Origin: a virus
IMG/VR virus record: IMGVR_UViG_3300021142_000007
Span: 1 to 64,000 of that record
Length of the DNA: 64,000 nucleotides
Direction: 5' to 3' (one strand)
The notes beneath the pieces were generated by a model. The model was not told the DNA's origin, searched no databases, and saw nothing but the letters and a program-made list of their open reading frames with translations. Shown piece by piece: positions 40,901-49,953 of this stretch. The translations under genes were made by a program, and so were the position numbers. Within the stretch, counting starts at the first letter, position 1. Each line of letters starts with the position of its first letter.

Positions 40901-40972
40901 TCATAGGACAAAGATAAAAAAAGCCCCTCACATTTGCAAGGGGCTTTTTGTTAAAGAATGTTAAAAAACATA

Positions 40973-41854
40973 TTAGTTAAGATTCTCATACACAAGCTGG
41001 TGGGCAGTTGTGTTTAGTTCGTTCGCCCTCGCATATAGGATTTTTTCCATATCTCCGCTTGCTATGTCGTGGGTCGTATACCTTGTAACGCCTTGCAATA
41101 AGCTAAACATATTCGCGCCTGTATTTTGCACTTCGATAGCCACCGCGCCATTTATAGCGTCTATAATGTTTCTTTTACGCGAAGTCAATTCGCTGTATTG
41201 GGCTACATTATAGCCTGTTAACTCGGTTATGAAGCTATCTATCTGTTTTTGCGTTACTGCCTTTAGAGACGCTGTATTGAGCAAATTTACATAGTTTTCA
41301 GTTTCGGCTACTACCTTTAAAATTTCGTTGGTAAAAGTTAGCAAACGGGCCTGGTTATTGGTCGTGTTTTTCATAGCTATATCCACATCTTTTTTCCAGT
41401 TTTTAGCACCGTTCGCGCACCATAGACGCAGGGCGTAGAAGCCTAGTGACATTTTGGTCTTACCGTCAAAGCCTGTGCGAAATTCGAGGGCTGTTTCGAG
41501 GGTATCACCTACCATAGGCGATTGTATTTCATATTTTTTTAATGGGAGGCGAAATACTACCTTTGACCCCTTTTGGTATTCGTTGTATGTTAATTTAGAC
41601 AGGTCAACATCTATACCTGAAGCTAATACGCTATTTTCGATAGCGTCCAGAAAAAGGGACAAATCGGTAGGCTCAAAAACGTCCCCCACCACGCCCAAAC
41701 AGTCCCCGCCTGTGTGCTTATATATACCGTAGCTTTTAGGGCTGTTAAAGCCTTCTAAGCCTGTATGTAGCTGTATTTTTTTAGCGTTAAATACTTGGCT
41801 TTTGAGGTTTGCAATGTGTGAACCTTGTGTTTCAAGAAAATTGAGAATTTCCAT
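40973..41854 (-). CDS. DUF932/DUF945-like phage-plasmid protein
   Basis: LGVVGDVFEP, GFDG, RLWCANG and LLQGVTRYTTH motifs. Confidence 0.75.
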   Translation of the reverse strand: MEILNFLETQGSHIANLKSQVFNAKKIQLHTGLEGFNSPKSYGIYKHTGGDCLGVVGDVFEPTDLSLFLDAIENSVLASGIDVDLSKLTYNEYQKGSKVVFRLPLKKYEIQSPMVGDTLETALEFRTGFDGKTKMSLGFYALRLWCANGAKNWKKDVDIAMKNTTNNQARLLTFTNEILKVVAETENYVNLLNTASLKAVTQKQIDSFITELTGYNVAQYSELTSRKRNIIDAINGAVAIEVQNTGANMFSLLQGVTRYTTHDIASGDMEKILYARANELNTTAHQLVYENLN

Positions 41855-42000
41855 TGTTGTGTGTTTTTTTTTGATTAATTAATGATGCGAATGTAAGTAA
41901 ATTAATTTAATTATGCAAGTCCTATCTTAATTAATTTCGTTTTAATTTACTTTTTAACATATTAGTAATTTAACATATATGTTAATTTTTTTATTTATAT

Positions 42001-42056
42001 GTATAGACGTAGTGGAGTATACCTCCCGACCCTTAGTGTCGTCCCGTCTGAATGAC
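42001..42056 (-). ncRNA. Putative structured small RNA, copy A
   Basis: Follows TATCTTTG promoter; hairpins CGAC/GTCG and GGAG-GTATA-CTCC; no ORF. Confidence 0.6.
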
Positions 42057-42123
42057 AATACAAAGATAAAAAAAAGGCTTGGATTTCCAAACCTTTTTTT
42101 GTTAATAGATGTTAATTTTTATC

Positions 42124-42642
42124 TTAGCCAAACATTACGGTAACTCCACATTTGATATGTTTGATATTGTCCATTTTAACGGTACGTACAATTATTGCCT
42201 CGTCTGTGCCTTGATTGGTCGGTGCTGTTGTTTTGGGTCTGAATTGCTTTATAGTGGCAATTTCGCTCTCGCTTGCTTCTATACCATCTATGTAGTATTT
42301 CAGTGTCTCGGACGTATTACAAGCAAATAGCAAATATAATTCTGTCGGGTCGCTTTTTTTGGCTACTATCGAACCGTTAAAGCTATCATTTACCTTTTGG
42401 AACCAATTTTCTTTAGCTGTGAAGTTAGCTTCTTTGCCCTCTTTAGCTAGTCTGTTGTTTACCATGTTAGCATAGTTAGCATTTAGAAGCATATTATAGC
42501 TAACTAGCTTGGTCACTTTTGACTTTGCGAAAGGATTGCCAGTTTTAAGTTGTTTTTGTTCAACTTCGGCTATCATTTGAGCGAATTTCGCTGAACCGCC
42601 ATCATTAATAAGTGTCTCGATTACTTGTGTTTTGTTGTTCAT
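42124..42642 (-). CDS. Conserved hypothetical phage protein
   Basis: 172-aa ORF with own promoter. Confidence 0.75.
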   Translation of the reverse strand: MNNKTQVIETLINDGGSAKFAQMIAEVEQKQLKTGNPFAKSKVTKLVSYNMLLNANYANMVNNRLAKEGKEANFTAKENWFQKVNDSFNGSIVAKKSDPTELYLLFACNTSETLKYYIDGIEASESEIATIKQFRPKTTAPTNQGTDEAIIVRTVKMDNIKHIKCGVTVMFG

Positions 42643-42719
42643 AACAGTGTGTTTTGATTGATTAATGATACAAATATAGGTTAATTAAATTAGAATAGCA
42701 AATTTTATTTGTTAAAAAA

Positions 42720-42995
42720 TCAAAGATTTTTGATAAATTGCTTTATCTTATCATATTCTTTTTTTCCATAATAAAAGACTACCGTTTTATCTTCGTGTAG
42801 CTTGCTTTTATAGCTGTGGCTATCTTCGATAGCTTGTGCTATATTTGCGCTCGTAGTACGTACATAAACGCCTGTTTGAGTACGTACCAATATAGTGCTA
42901 TGTGTGAGGGTATCTCTGCTTATTATTGTCGGTGCTGTGGCGTAGCTTGTTATTGATACAAGTATTAAAGTTAGTGTTAATAGTGTGTTTTTCAT
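42720..42995 (-). CDS. Small secreted protein
   Basis: Signal peptide MKNTLLTLTLILVSITSYA. Confidence 0.65.
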   Translation of the reverse strand: MKNTLLTLTLILVSITSYATAPTIISRDTLTHSTILVRTQTGVYVRTTSANIAQAIEDSHSYKSKLHEDKTVVFYYGKKEYDKIKQFIKNL

Positions 42996-43104
42996 TTCGT
43001 TTGATTGATAGGGCAAAGATAGTAATTTAAAATTACCAAACAAGTCCCTTAACATTTTTAACATATTAGCTATTTAATATATATGTTAATTTTTTTATGT
43101 ATAT

Positions 43105-43157
43105 GTATAGGCGTGTCGGAGTATACCTCCCGCTTCGCAGCGTCCCGTCTGATTGAC
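43105..43157 (-). ncRNA. Putative structured small RNA, copy B
   Basis: Follows TATATTTG; CGCT-GCGA-AGCG and GGAG-GTATA-CTCC hairpins. Confidence 0.6.
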
Positions 43158-43222
43158 AATACAAATATAAAAAAAGGATTTGGAATTACCAAATCCTTTT
43201 TGTTAATAGATGTTAAAAGACC

Positions 43223-43453
43223 TTATTTATTTGCATTGCGGTAGTGATAGTGTTTTTGTTTAATATGTGGCGTTGCATAGGGAGTTTTTGAGAAACGACC
43301 ACTAAAAAGACTTTCGTGTCCATGTACCAATTTTGCGCCATGTCCTCCATTTGAGTAACATGGAGATTCTTTGGTATGTGCTGAAGCAGATAGGGCAATG
43401 AGAGACAGAACAACTACCAATACGAAGATTTTTACCAATACTAAATTTTTCAT
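43223..43453 (-). CDS. Small secreted His-rich protein
   Basis: Signal peptide ending in ASA; own promoter. Confidence 0.6.
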   Translation of the reverse strand: MKNLVLVKIFVLVVVLSLIALSASAHTKESPCYSNGGHGAKLVHGHESLFSGRFSKTPYATPHIKQKHYHYRNANK

Positions 43454-43516
43454 TTGTGTGTTTTTTTTGAGTGATTAATAGGACAAAGATAGTAATTAAT
43501 TTGATACTTGCAAGGA

Positions 43517-43687
43517 CTAATTTGTTAATTTTTTAGGTCTATAACCTACTGAGTATACCGTACCATGATTTATACACATACGAAGATGTTTCCATATCTT
43601 CGTTTGTTTTGGACGTTTACAAGTTTGTGCCCCTACAATATTTTCTTTGCTCTTATTTGTTTCGTAGTAATAAAATTCGTATACCAT
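43517..43687 (-). CDS. Small protein not in the ORF track (MVYEFYYYETNK..., 56 aa)
   Basis: Hand translation; own promoter near 43711. Confidence 0.55.
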   Translation of the reverse strand: MVYEFYYYETNKSKENIVGAQTCKRPKQTKIWKHLRMCINHGTVYSVGYRPKKLTN

Positions 43688-43801
43688 GATGTGTGTTTTG
43701 ATTGATAGGACAAATATAAATAAAGTAATTTAAACCACCAAATAATATTTGTTAAAAAAAAGGACTACTTTCGTAGTCCTTTCTTAACCTATAAACACAC
43801 A

Positions 43802-44026
43802 CTATTTTACTTTGGTGCCATCCCATGTGCCGTATGCTTTAGCGTATGGATTACCACCTGAATATTTTTCAAATACCTTTATAACCGTGCCTTGTGGCAA
43901 GTCTGAATTTAGTTCATATCTACCACCACCGCCAAACATGGAGTAGTTTGTGCCGTATACCTTTTGTTTAGCAGTTAATGCTTCATTGATTGCTTTTTTA
44001 CTTTTAGCTTGTACGTAGATTTCCAT
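43802..44026 (-). CDS. Hypothetical protein
   Basis: Own promoter and downstream hairpin. Confidence 0.7.
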   Translation of the reverse strand: MEIYVQAKSKKAINEALTAKQKVYGTNYSMFGGGGRYELNSDLPQGTVIKVFEKYSGGNPYAKAYGTWDGTKVK

Positions 44027-44105
44027 TGTGTGTTATTTTTTGATTGATTAATGATACAAAGATAATGCTTTTTTTGAGACTTGCAAGTAATTTTTTGTTA
44101 AAAAT

Positions 44106-44315
44106 TTACATATGGTGACTATACTTGTTAATTAATGCTTTTGCTTCAGATATGAACGAAAGTCTGTCAATAGTTGTTTCGCATAAGCTACCATGTGTTT
44201 CTTCTTCGTATTGGACGCGCTTATCCGCTAGTTTATCTAATTTGTTAAGCCTATCCAAAATAAGGCTCATTTCCTTTGCCATCTTTAGTCTTAGTTGTGG
44301 TTCTTTGTTTGTCAT
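44106..44315 (-). CDS. Hypothetical protein
   Basis: ATG downstream of a promoter cassette. Confidence 0.65.
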   Translation of the reverse strand: MTNKEPQLRLKMAKEMSLILDRLNKLDKLADKRVQYEEETHGSLCETTIDRLSFISEAKALINKYSHHM

Positions 44316-44366
44316 GTGTGTTTTGATTGATAGGGCAAAGATACTAATTAAATTCATATTTCCAAA

Positions 44367-44567
44367 TTAATTTGTTGCTAATTTGAAGATTATTTTTTGC
44401 ACCTTTTTATGTCCTGAATGATAGCTGTCTCCGAATAGGCTTTTACCCATAAATGAGTCCCCTTTTATATTATTGCCTGAGACGGTCTTCATTTCGTCAT
44501 TATGTAGAATTGTGTCGCCAGCTTGGATATTTGAGATGTGTGTTTCTAGTATGCTATAATTGTACAT
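44367..44567 (-). CDS. Hypothetical protein
   Basis: HISNIQAGDTI...SLFGDSY; own promoter. Confidence 0.65.
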   Translation of the reverse strand: MYNYSILETHISNIQAGDTILHNDEMKTVSGNNIKGDSFMGKSLFGDSYHSGHKKVQKIIFKLATN

Positions 44568-44695
44568 GATTGATTGATTTGATAGGGCAAAGATACTAAT
44601 TAAATTCATATTTCCAAATTAAAATGAATTTATTTTTTTTTAAGATAAATTGTTAAATACTTTGGTAGTCTCAAATAAATAGCTATCTTTGTTGG

Positions 44696-44751
44696 GTCAT
44701 TCAGACAGGAGGTCGTCACCGACTTGAGGTAGACTCCGTCACGTCCCTATA
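44696..44751 (+). ncRNA. Putative structured small RNA, diverged copy D
   Basis: Follows TTTG...TATCTTTG; GGTCG-TCAC-CGACT and GAG-GTAGA-CTC hairpins. Confidence 0.55.
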
Positions 44752-44845
44752 TAAGGTAATTTTTAAATTTGTTAAAAAGTGTTAATTGGTTTGGTTTTTA
44801 AATTAATTAATTTATCTTTGCCCTATCAATCAAAACACATAATAT

Positions 44846-44986
44846 ATGAGCAAAGCACAAAAGAAGACGATGAAAGCGGTTTATCAAGTCCATATCGGGA
44901 TGAATGTCCTAGATGAGCATGGTATGTATAACTATGACCGAGCGAAGCGTAGAGCGAAATCCTATCATTACTGGAGGTCTAAATAA
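44846..44986 (+). CDS. Small basic protein (MSKAQKKTMK..., 46 aa)
   Basis: Hand translation; own TATCTTTG promoter at 44813. Confidence 0.55.
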   Translation: MSKAQKKTMKAVYQVHIGMNVLDEHGMYNYDRAKRRAKSYHYWRSK

Positions 44987-45047
44987 CTTCAAAAAAAGTG
45001 GGGCTACTATTTGGTAGTCCCATTTCTTTTTCATATATTTGCATTAT

Positions 45048-45179
45048 AATCGGGTGGCGAAATTGGTAGACGCACATAGAGTCATGGTGAAGCACTTTGT
45101 AAAAAGAAAGCCCATGTTTAAGTTTAAAGCTATCTATGATTGGTTGCAAACAATGCAGGTTCGAGTCCTGCTCCGATTA
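45048..45179 (+). tRNA. tRNA-Leu-like RNA with anticodon loop enlarged to about 52 nt
   Basis: Acceptor AATCGGG/TCCGATT; D arm GCGAAATTGGTAGACGC; stem CATAGA/TCTATG; T arm GCAGG-TTCGAGT-CCTGC. Confidence 0.7.
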
Positions 45180-45194
45180 CTTAAATCAATCAAT

Positions 45195-45332
45195 ATGTTA
45201 CTACTAGGTAAAAACCCAGAGATAACAGCTATCTTTGATTGTCAGCTTCAGTACTATATCGTTTATAAGAATGGTCAGGTATTGGTCAGTCACAAGTATC
45301 GCTACCGAGACATCGAGAGTTATCTTAATTAA
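45195..45332 (+). CDS. Small protein (MLLLGKNPE..., 45 aa)
   Basis: ATG after AATCAATCAAT leader; followed by terminator at ~45337-45365. Confidence 0.55.
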   Translation: MLLLGKNPEITAIFDCQLQYYIVYKNGQVLVSHKYRYRDIESYLN

Positions 45333-45421
45333 AATGAAAAGGCCCGAATTTCTTCGGGCTTTTTTGTTTGATATCTAGCCGAGCCTTCGCTGTCCGAGGT
45401 CGGTGTACACAATTGTGTATA

Positions 45422-45568
45422 CTAGGGCATTGGGAAGAAATGAAGGAGCAGACCGAATACTATTATGGTGCCAGTTGCACCGATTATAAGACCTACATTG
45501 AAGCCTTCGTTTAAGCCTTGTCTGTGGGCTTTTTCTATTTGTTGTTTGTAGATTGAATTTGTTTGCAT
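45422..45568 (-). CDS. Small membrane protein (48 aa)
   Basis: Hand translation; VGLIIGATGTIIVFGLLLHFF segment. Confidence 0.5.
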   Translation of the reverse strand: MQTNSIYKQQIEKAHRQGLNEGFNVGLIIGATGTIIVFGLLLHFFPMP

Positions 45569-45813
45569 GATTATTTTTTAAAGATAAACGGATAATAGAT
45601 GAATTTATACCAATAGACCTTAATCCAAGTCTTGATATTAACGTATCTCTCTATGAGCAATTGTCTTACACCTTTCCATCCTTTGGTGTTCTGTCTTTTA
45701 TAGTCTTGAATAAATGTGTTCATCTTAATTTATTTTTTTGTGAATAACTAAAAATATCAGTCTTCCATATAAGACCCCGATTGCTAGGCATATAAACCAA
45801 TATAGTAGTTCTA

Positions 45814-46056
45814 TCATGATTTATGAGTGTAGTAATTAGTGATTTCAACGAAGTTCTCCATAGAAGAGATGAATTCTGTTTTGATACGTAGAACGTCTTT
45901 TGGCGACTCTGATATACGATTATACTGCATAATAACAGGCAGTTGTGTTTGAGCGTCAATAATGACTATGAGGTCTTGACCAGCTTCTTTAGCGTTTTTA
46001 GCCTCGCGGTACATCATGTGTATGTTCAACTTAATGAACTCAAGTATTCTTTTCAT
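45814..46056 (-). CDS. Hypothetical protein
   Basis: Own promoter near 46076. Confidence 0.65.
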   Translation of the reverse strand: MKRILEFIKLNIHMMYREAKNAKEAGQDLIVIIDAQTQLPVIMQYNRISESPKDVLRIKTEFISSMENFVEITNYYTHKS

Positions 46057-46109
46057 GTTTGATTGATTTATGGTACAAATATAATACTTTTTTTGGTATC
46101 TCCAAATTC

Positions 46110-46310
46110 TTAGTCAGGTATTTTTTCAAATATTTCACCCAGTGATTTATAACCAAACATGTGGTTCAACCATAGATTACCAAAGACCCCACCATTATCA
46201 CCAACGAATCTAACTTGTGTTTCTTTGATAGATACGTCATAGACCTTATTTCGGCTGAGGATGCCAGCTTGTATTGGCAGTTCGTTTTTTGCTATGTATT
46301 TTACTTTCAT
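46110..46310 (-). CDS. Hypothetical protein
   Basis: Own promoter. Confidence 0.6.
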   Translation of the reverse strand: MKVKYIAKNELPIQAGILSRNKVYDVSIKETQVRFVGDNGGVFGNLWLNHMFGYKSLGEIFEKIPD

Positions 46311-46535
46311 GGTACAAATATAAGCATAAAAAACGAAACCCCCAAATTTCTTTGAGAGTTTCGTTCCTTTTTTATTACTATAATTTCAATGCTTATGACA
46401 AGATGTTTTATTTCATACCTTATAGAGTTTTGGGGTTAATTAATACTTATAAATTTTAACATTAATTCTCTTGATATTCCAGTTACTTATTTACTGGGAC
46501 TGCCTTTGTTTCGTGCCATTTTTCAGAGTTGTGAG

Positions 46536-46727
46536 TTAATTACTTTGTGCGAAGCTAAACGGATATGCTTTCTTGCCTTTGAGATTGCATACGCGGATGA
46601 AGGACTTGACCCTTTCGTCAGTGCCTTTGATGTACATGGTATTCGTACCACCTGAATAGCTTGCGTTTACACCGTATGCTTGCGCTGAAGCTTGCAGTGC
46701 TTTTTTTGGGCTTGTTGTTGTTAACAT
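46536..46727 (-). CDS. Hypothetical protein
   Basis: Own promoter. Confidence 0.65.
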   Translation of the reverse strand: MLTTTSPKKALQASAQAYGVNASYSGGTNTMYIKGTDERVKSFIRVCNLKGKKAYPFSFAQSN

Positions 46728-46794
46728 GATTTATTGTTTTTTGATTAATGATACAAAGATAAGACTTATTTTCGTATTTCCAAATCTTTATTTC

Positions 46795-47079
46795 TTAAAA
46801 GTTTGAATAAGTGTGTATGAAGCTTTCAACCATGATTCTTTCTTTTACCGACTCATATACGATTTCACCGCTAAATGATTCAGGTATTAGATATGAATCA
46901 AACATATTAACCATATCATCACCTATTTTTGCGGCATCATCTTCTGAATCACACATGATGATTGCATCTACACGATGCACCAAAGCTTTTTCACCTTCGG
47001 GTTTAGAGAATAGCTTCAATTCTTTTTCATCGAAATGGTGGAAGGTAATGTTTCCGAGGATTAGCAGTACTTTTTTCAT
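46795..47079 (-). CDS. Hypothetical protein
   Basis: Own promoter. Confidence 0.65.
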   Translation of the reverse strand: MKKVLLILGNITFHHFDEKELKLFSKPEGEKALVHRVDAIIMCDSEDDAAKIGDDMVNMFDSYLIPESFSGEIVYESVKERIMVESFIHTYSNF

Positions 47080-47122
47080 GATTGATTATTTTGTTAGGAC
47101 AAAGATAAGAATATTATCCGAA

Positions 47123-47434
47123 TTACCAATAAAGATTGATAGGAAATTTTACCTTGCTTTTGACCCATTTGAGTATTTCGTCAGCGTAGTAGCTTGTAGT
47201 TTCTTCGCACAGGTAGTCCAGCAATGCTCTTTCAGCCTTGCCACTATTATTGTCAGGGTTGATGGTTACTTCGATACGATGAACTTCTTTGGCTTTGCTT
47301 TGGTCGCTGTTTTTATTTGTGCCAGCTGATACGTCCCATAGCTTGCTGATTATGGTTACTTTGTTTTTGGTAGTTATTGCGGTGATAACTCCATTCTTTG
47401 CGTATTCGCCAATCTTGAATGTTTTGGTTGCCAT
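47123..47434 (-). CDS. Hypothetical protein
   Basis: TFKIGEY...TSYYADEILKWVKS; own promoter. Confidence 0.7.
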   Translation of the reverse strand: MATKTFKIGEYAKNGVITAITTKNKVTIISKLWDVSAGTNKNSDQSKAKEVHRIEVTINPDNNSGKAERALLDYLCEETTSYYADEILKWVKSKVKFPINLYW

Positions 47435-47470
47435 GATATGTGTTTTTGATTAATGATACAAAGATAAGAC

Positions 47471-47971
47471 TTATTTTCGTATTTCCAAGTCTTTTAGCTT
47501 ATTTTTTAGCAAATTCCAAAATAATTCATGGTCTTTCGCATTGAAGGAGAATATTTCGATTATAAAACAATTTATATTCGTATACTTCTCAAGGTTAGAA
47601 ATAACATCTAACCGATACTTATTTCTTAATTCATTTGGAGTCTTTCGCTTGTATTGACTAGCAGTCAGATACTCAAGGTTACCACTTATGTAGTTTTCTT
47701 TTAATACATCGATTATCTCTCCGAGCGTTTCCATTATTGCTTTGAAAGACTCTTTGGTATAGGTAAAGTGTAGATAACTTACGTTATCCCTTAGTAGATT
47801 TTCGCTACGCTTTGATAAGATGGTCTGTAGATTTGGATTGGCATTTATGGCATCCAATACCTCTAGCAAACCTTCATCTAGGTCCCAATCCTTATCGGTG
47901 AATTTCTTTGCCTTGTCCAATTCAGCCATATAATAGGTTTTGCTAGTGGCTGTCAGATATATCTCTTTCAT
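47471..47971 (-). CDS. Hypothetical protein
   Basis: 166-aa ORF. Confidence 0.65.
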   Translation of the reverse strand: MKEIYLTATSKTYYMAELDKAKKFTDKDWDLDEGLLEVLDAINANPNLQTILSKRSENLLRDNVSYLHFTYTKESFKAIMETLGEIIDVLKENYISGNLEYLTASQYKRKTPNELRNKYRLDVISNLEKYTNINCFIIEIFSFNAKDHELFWNLLKNKLKDLEIRK

Positions 47972-47972
47972 A

Positions 47973-48299
47973 TTATAGTTGTTCAGGTAGATAAGAAAAT
48001 ATGTATCCGTTCTCTTCGATAGCTAGGTCTACTATATCCTTTGCTTTTTGTTTTGCTTTATCTATAAAGCGTTTAAGGATAGGTTCTTGTTCCTCATAAT
48101 TAAAACCTATTGCTGTTAGGGTTCTTTTAAACTCAATTTGTGTTCTCATGTAGTATGTGACCAAATCTAATATTGCTTGTTCCTTTTCTTCTATTCGACA
48201 ACAAAGAACATCGTCAAATTCTATGTCATTACCAATGGTTATGAACTTGTGGCTTGTTGAACGGATGCTTACTTTTGTGTTTGCTATTCCCAGTATCAT
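47973..48299 (-). CDS. Hypothetical protein
   Basis: Own promoter near 48324. Confidence 0.65.
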   Translation of the reverse strand: MILGIANTKVSIRSTSHKFITIGNDIEFDDVLCCRIEEKEQAILDLVTYYMRTQIEFKRTLTAIGFNYEEQEPILKRFIDKAKQKAKDIVDLAIEENGYIFSYLPEQL

Positions 48300-48423
48300 T
48301 GTATTTGTTTTTGATTGATAGGACAAAGATAAGACTTATTTTCGTATTTCCAAATCCTAGCACAACTTTTTTTAAATAAAAAAGGAGGTACAAGTACCTC
48401 CCTTCTTAACAATCAATAAAACA

Positions 48424-49101
48424 CTAGCTTTCAGCTACAAGTAGCTCTATATATTCTTTTTCTGTCAGATGTCGTGGTGCTGTCAGAGGTTCATACTTTC
48501 CTTTCGGCTTTATGAGTATGCAGTCTCCCTGTCTTAGTACCTCTTTAATATGACCCTTCGGCACGTTGGTCTGTATCGTCCATGCAATAGCTTGTATTGC
48601 AGTTATCGGACAATCACTTAGACTATAAAACCACCTATCTTCATTTGTGGTATATACGCTTGCAGGGTCAACCCAAATAAAGTAGGTTCTATCTGTCGAA
48701 GTATCTTTGCACTTCACATAGTAGCAGTCTCTCATTGTCTGCCATGAATCCAAGCCTTCGTTGAAGTACGACCCATCTACTTCGTAGAGTTCGTATATAT
48801 CGTTGAACTTATGTTCGACCCTTTCGCCCTTTTCGTTCACCCAGTTAGTTGTCTTTTCGATGTTTTGGCGACTGATTAGTCTCGGCTTTACTTCATTTAC
48901 GAGACGTTCCAAGCCCAAGCATACTACGCCTACCCTTCTTTGTTCAAGGTTTGGTAGCCTTGCTATTTCTTTGAAGGTCAAAGGCTTGATACTATCCCAA
49001 GTATCTTTTAGTTCAGGAAAAGGACACTCGCTGTTTTTTAGCTTCAATAAACGACTTCCTATTTCGTGTGGAAACTTTTGGCTGTTTACAATGATATTCA
49101 T
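48424..49101 (-). CDS. Conserved phage protein, DUF6745-like
   Basis: NLEQRRV, VKCKDTSTDRTYFIWV, AIQAIAWT and RQGD motifs. Confidence 0.65.
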   Translation of the reverse strand: MNIIVNSQKFPHEIGSRLLKLKNSECPFPELKDTWDSIKPLTFKEIARLPNLEQRRVGVVCLGLERLVNEVKPRLISRQNIEKTTNWVNEKGERVEHKFNDIYELYEVDGSYFNEGLDSWQTMRDCYYVKCKDTSTDRTYFIWVDPASVYTTNEDRWFYSLSDCPITAIQAIAWTIQTNVPKGHIKEVLRQGDCILIKPKGKYEPLTAPRHLTEKEYIELLVAES

Positions 49102-49171
49102 TTATATGTTTTTTATGTTAGGCAAAGATAAGGAAGTATTCGGAATTTCCAAATACTTCCATGATTTTTTT

Positions 49172-49795
49172 TTAGTCGCTTTCTTTATAAACGTAGCCTT
49201 GTTTGCTAACGCTTATGGTCAACATATTGTCAGATAACTTAATATCTCCTTCGCCTGTGGTGAAGGTGAACCACCCACCTGATTCATCTTCAATCGCTTT
49301 TAGGCAGAAACCTTCGGCTGTGTCTCTTATTTTATCCACTATGCTTTTGGCTCTTGCTTCGTCTTCATCGGTTATAATGAAGTCATGCTTATATAGCACC
49401 GCTTCGTTATCATCATCACCGTTTATGTTTCGGATATGATTAGCCACAAATTCAGCTTCTTCTTTCGATAGTTCTACGGTAGTGTCTTCGGTGAAGGTTT
49501 CGCTAAATTCAGATGTAGCATCCTTGCTAAAGGACAGGTCATCTTCGTCCAATTCGATTGTAACCACACCGTTTTCGCCTATGTAGTGTCCATCTGAATT
49601 TACATAGAAGTCTACCTTGTCATAGATTACTTCATTTATGTATTCATCTATTTCAGGTACTTGTATTTCTTCTCCATCCTTATTGAGGATTGTAATGTCT
49701 GTATCGCCCATGCTATCACCACCGCAGTCAAAAGTGAAGTCTACGTGGTCTACGTTTTTTTCTTTCCAAAGACTGATTATTTCTTCTTTACGCAT
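49172..49795 (-). CDS. Acidic conserved phage protein, DUF6878-like
   Basis: FDCGGDS motif. Confidence 0.6.
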   Translation of the reverse strand: MRKEEIISLWKEKNVDHVDFTFDCGGDSMGDTDITILNKDGEEIQVPEIDEYINEVIYDKVDFYVNSDGHYIGENGVVTIELDEDDLSFSKDATSEFSETFTEDTTVELSKEEAEFVANHIRNINGDDDNEAVLYKHDFIITDEDEARAKSIVDKIRDTAEGFCLKAIEDESGGWFTFTTGEGDIKLSDNMLTISVSKQGYVYKESD

Positions 49796-49953
49796 TTTCT
49801 TGTTTTAATTTATGATGCAAATTTATGTAAATAAAATTAAACCACCAAATTTATTTGCTTATTTTTTAAATTATTTTCTAACTCAGGTACGAATCTTATT
49901 CTAAAATCTTGACTTTTACACAAAAATAATATATTTATTGTAAAAACAAAATT

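Larger units (their letters stand above)
41951..43216. repeat. Imperfect direct repeat of about 165 bp (copies ~41951-42115 and ~43056-43216)
   Basis: Shared TTTTTAACATATTAG...TATATGTTAATTTTTTTA...GGAGTATACCTCCCG...GTCCCGTCTGA...TGTTAATAGATGTTAA. Confidence 0.85.

Noticed and set aside
42040-42056. CTGAATGA as a hammerhead ribozyme core
   Set aside because: It does not match CUGANGA spacing, no GAAA partner is seen, and it lies on the strand opposite the promoter
43551-43559. GAGTATACC as a fifth small-RNA copy
   Set aside because: Only a 9-nt match inside a small ORF, without hairpins or promoter
45081-45132. Group I intron in tRNA-Leu
   Set aside because: About 50 nt is too short for a catalytic core
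45039-45194. N-terminal half of track ORF 45039-45332
   Set aside because: It overlaps the promoter and the tRNA-like RNA; the ATG at 45195 is the better start
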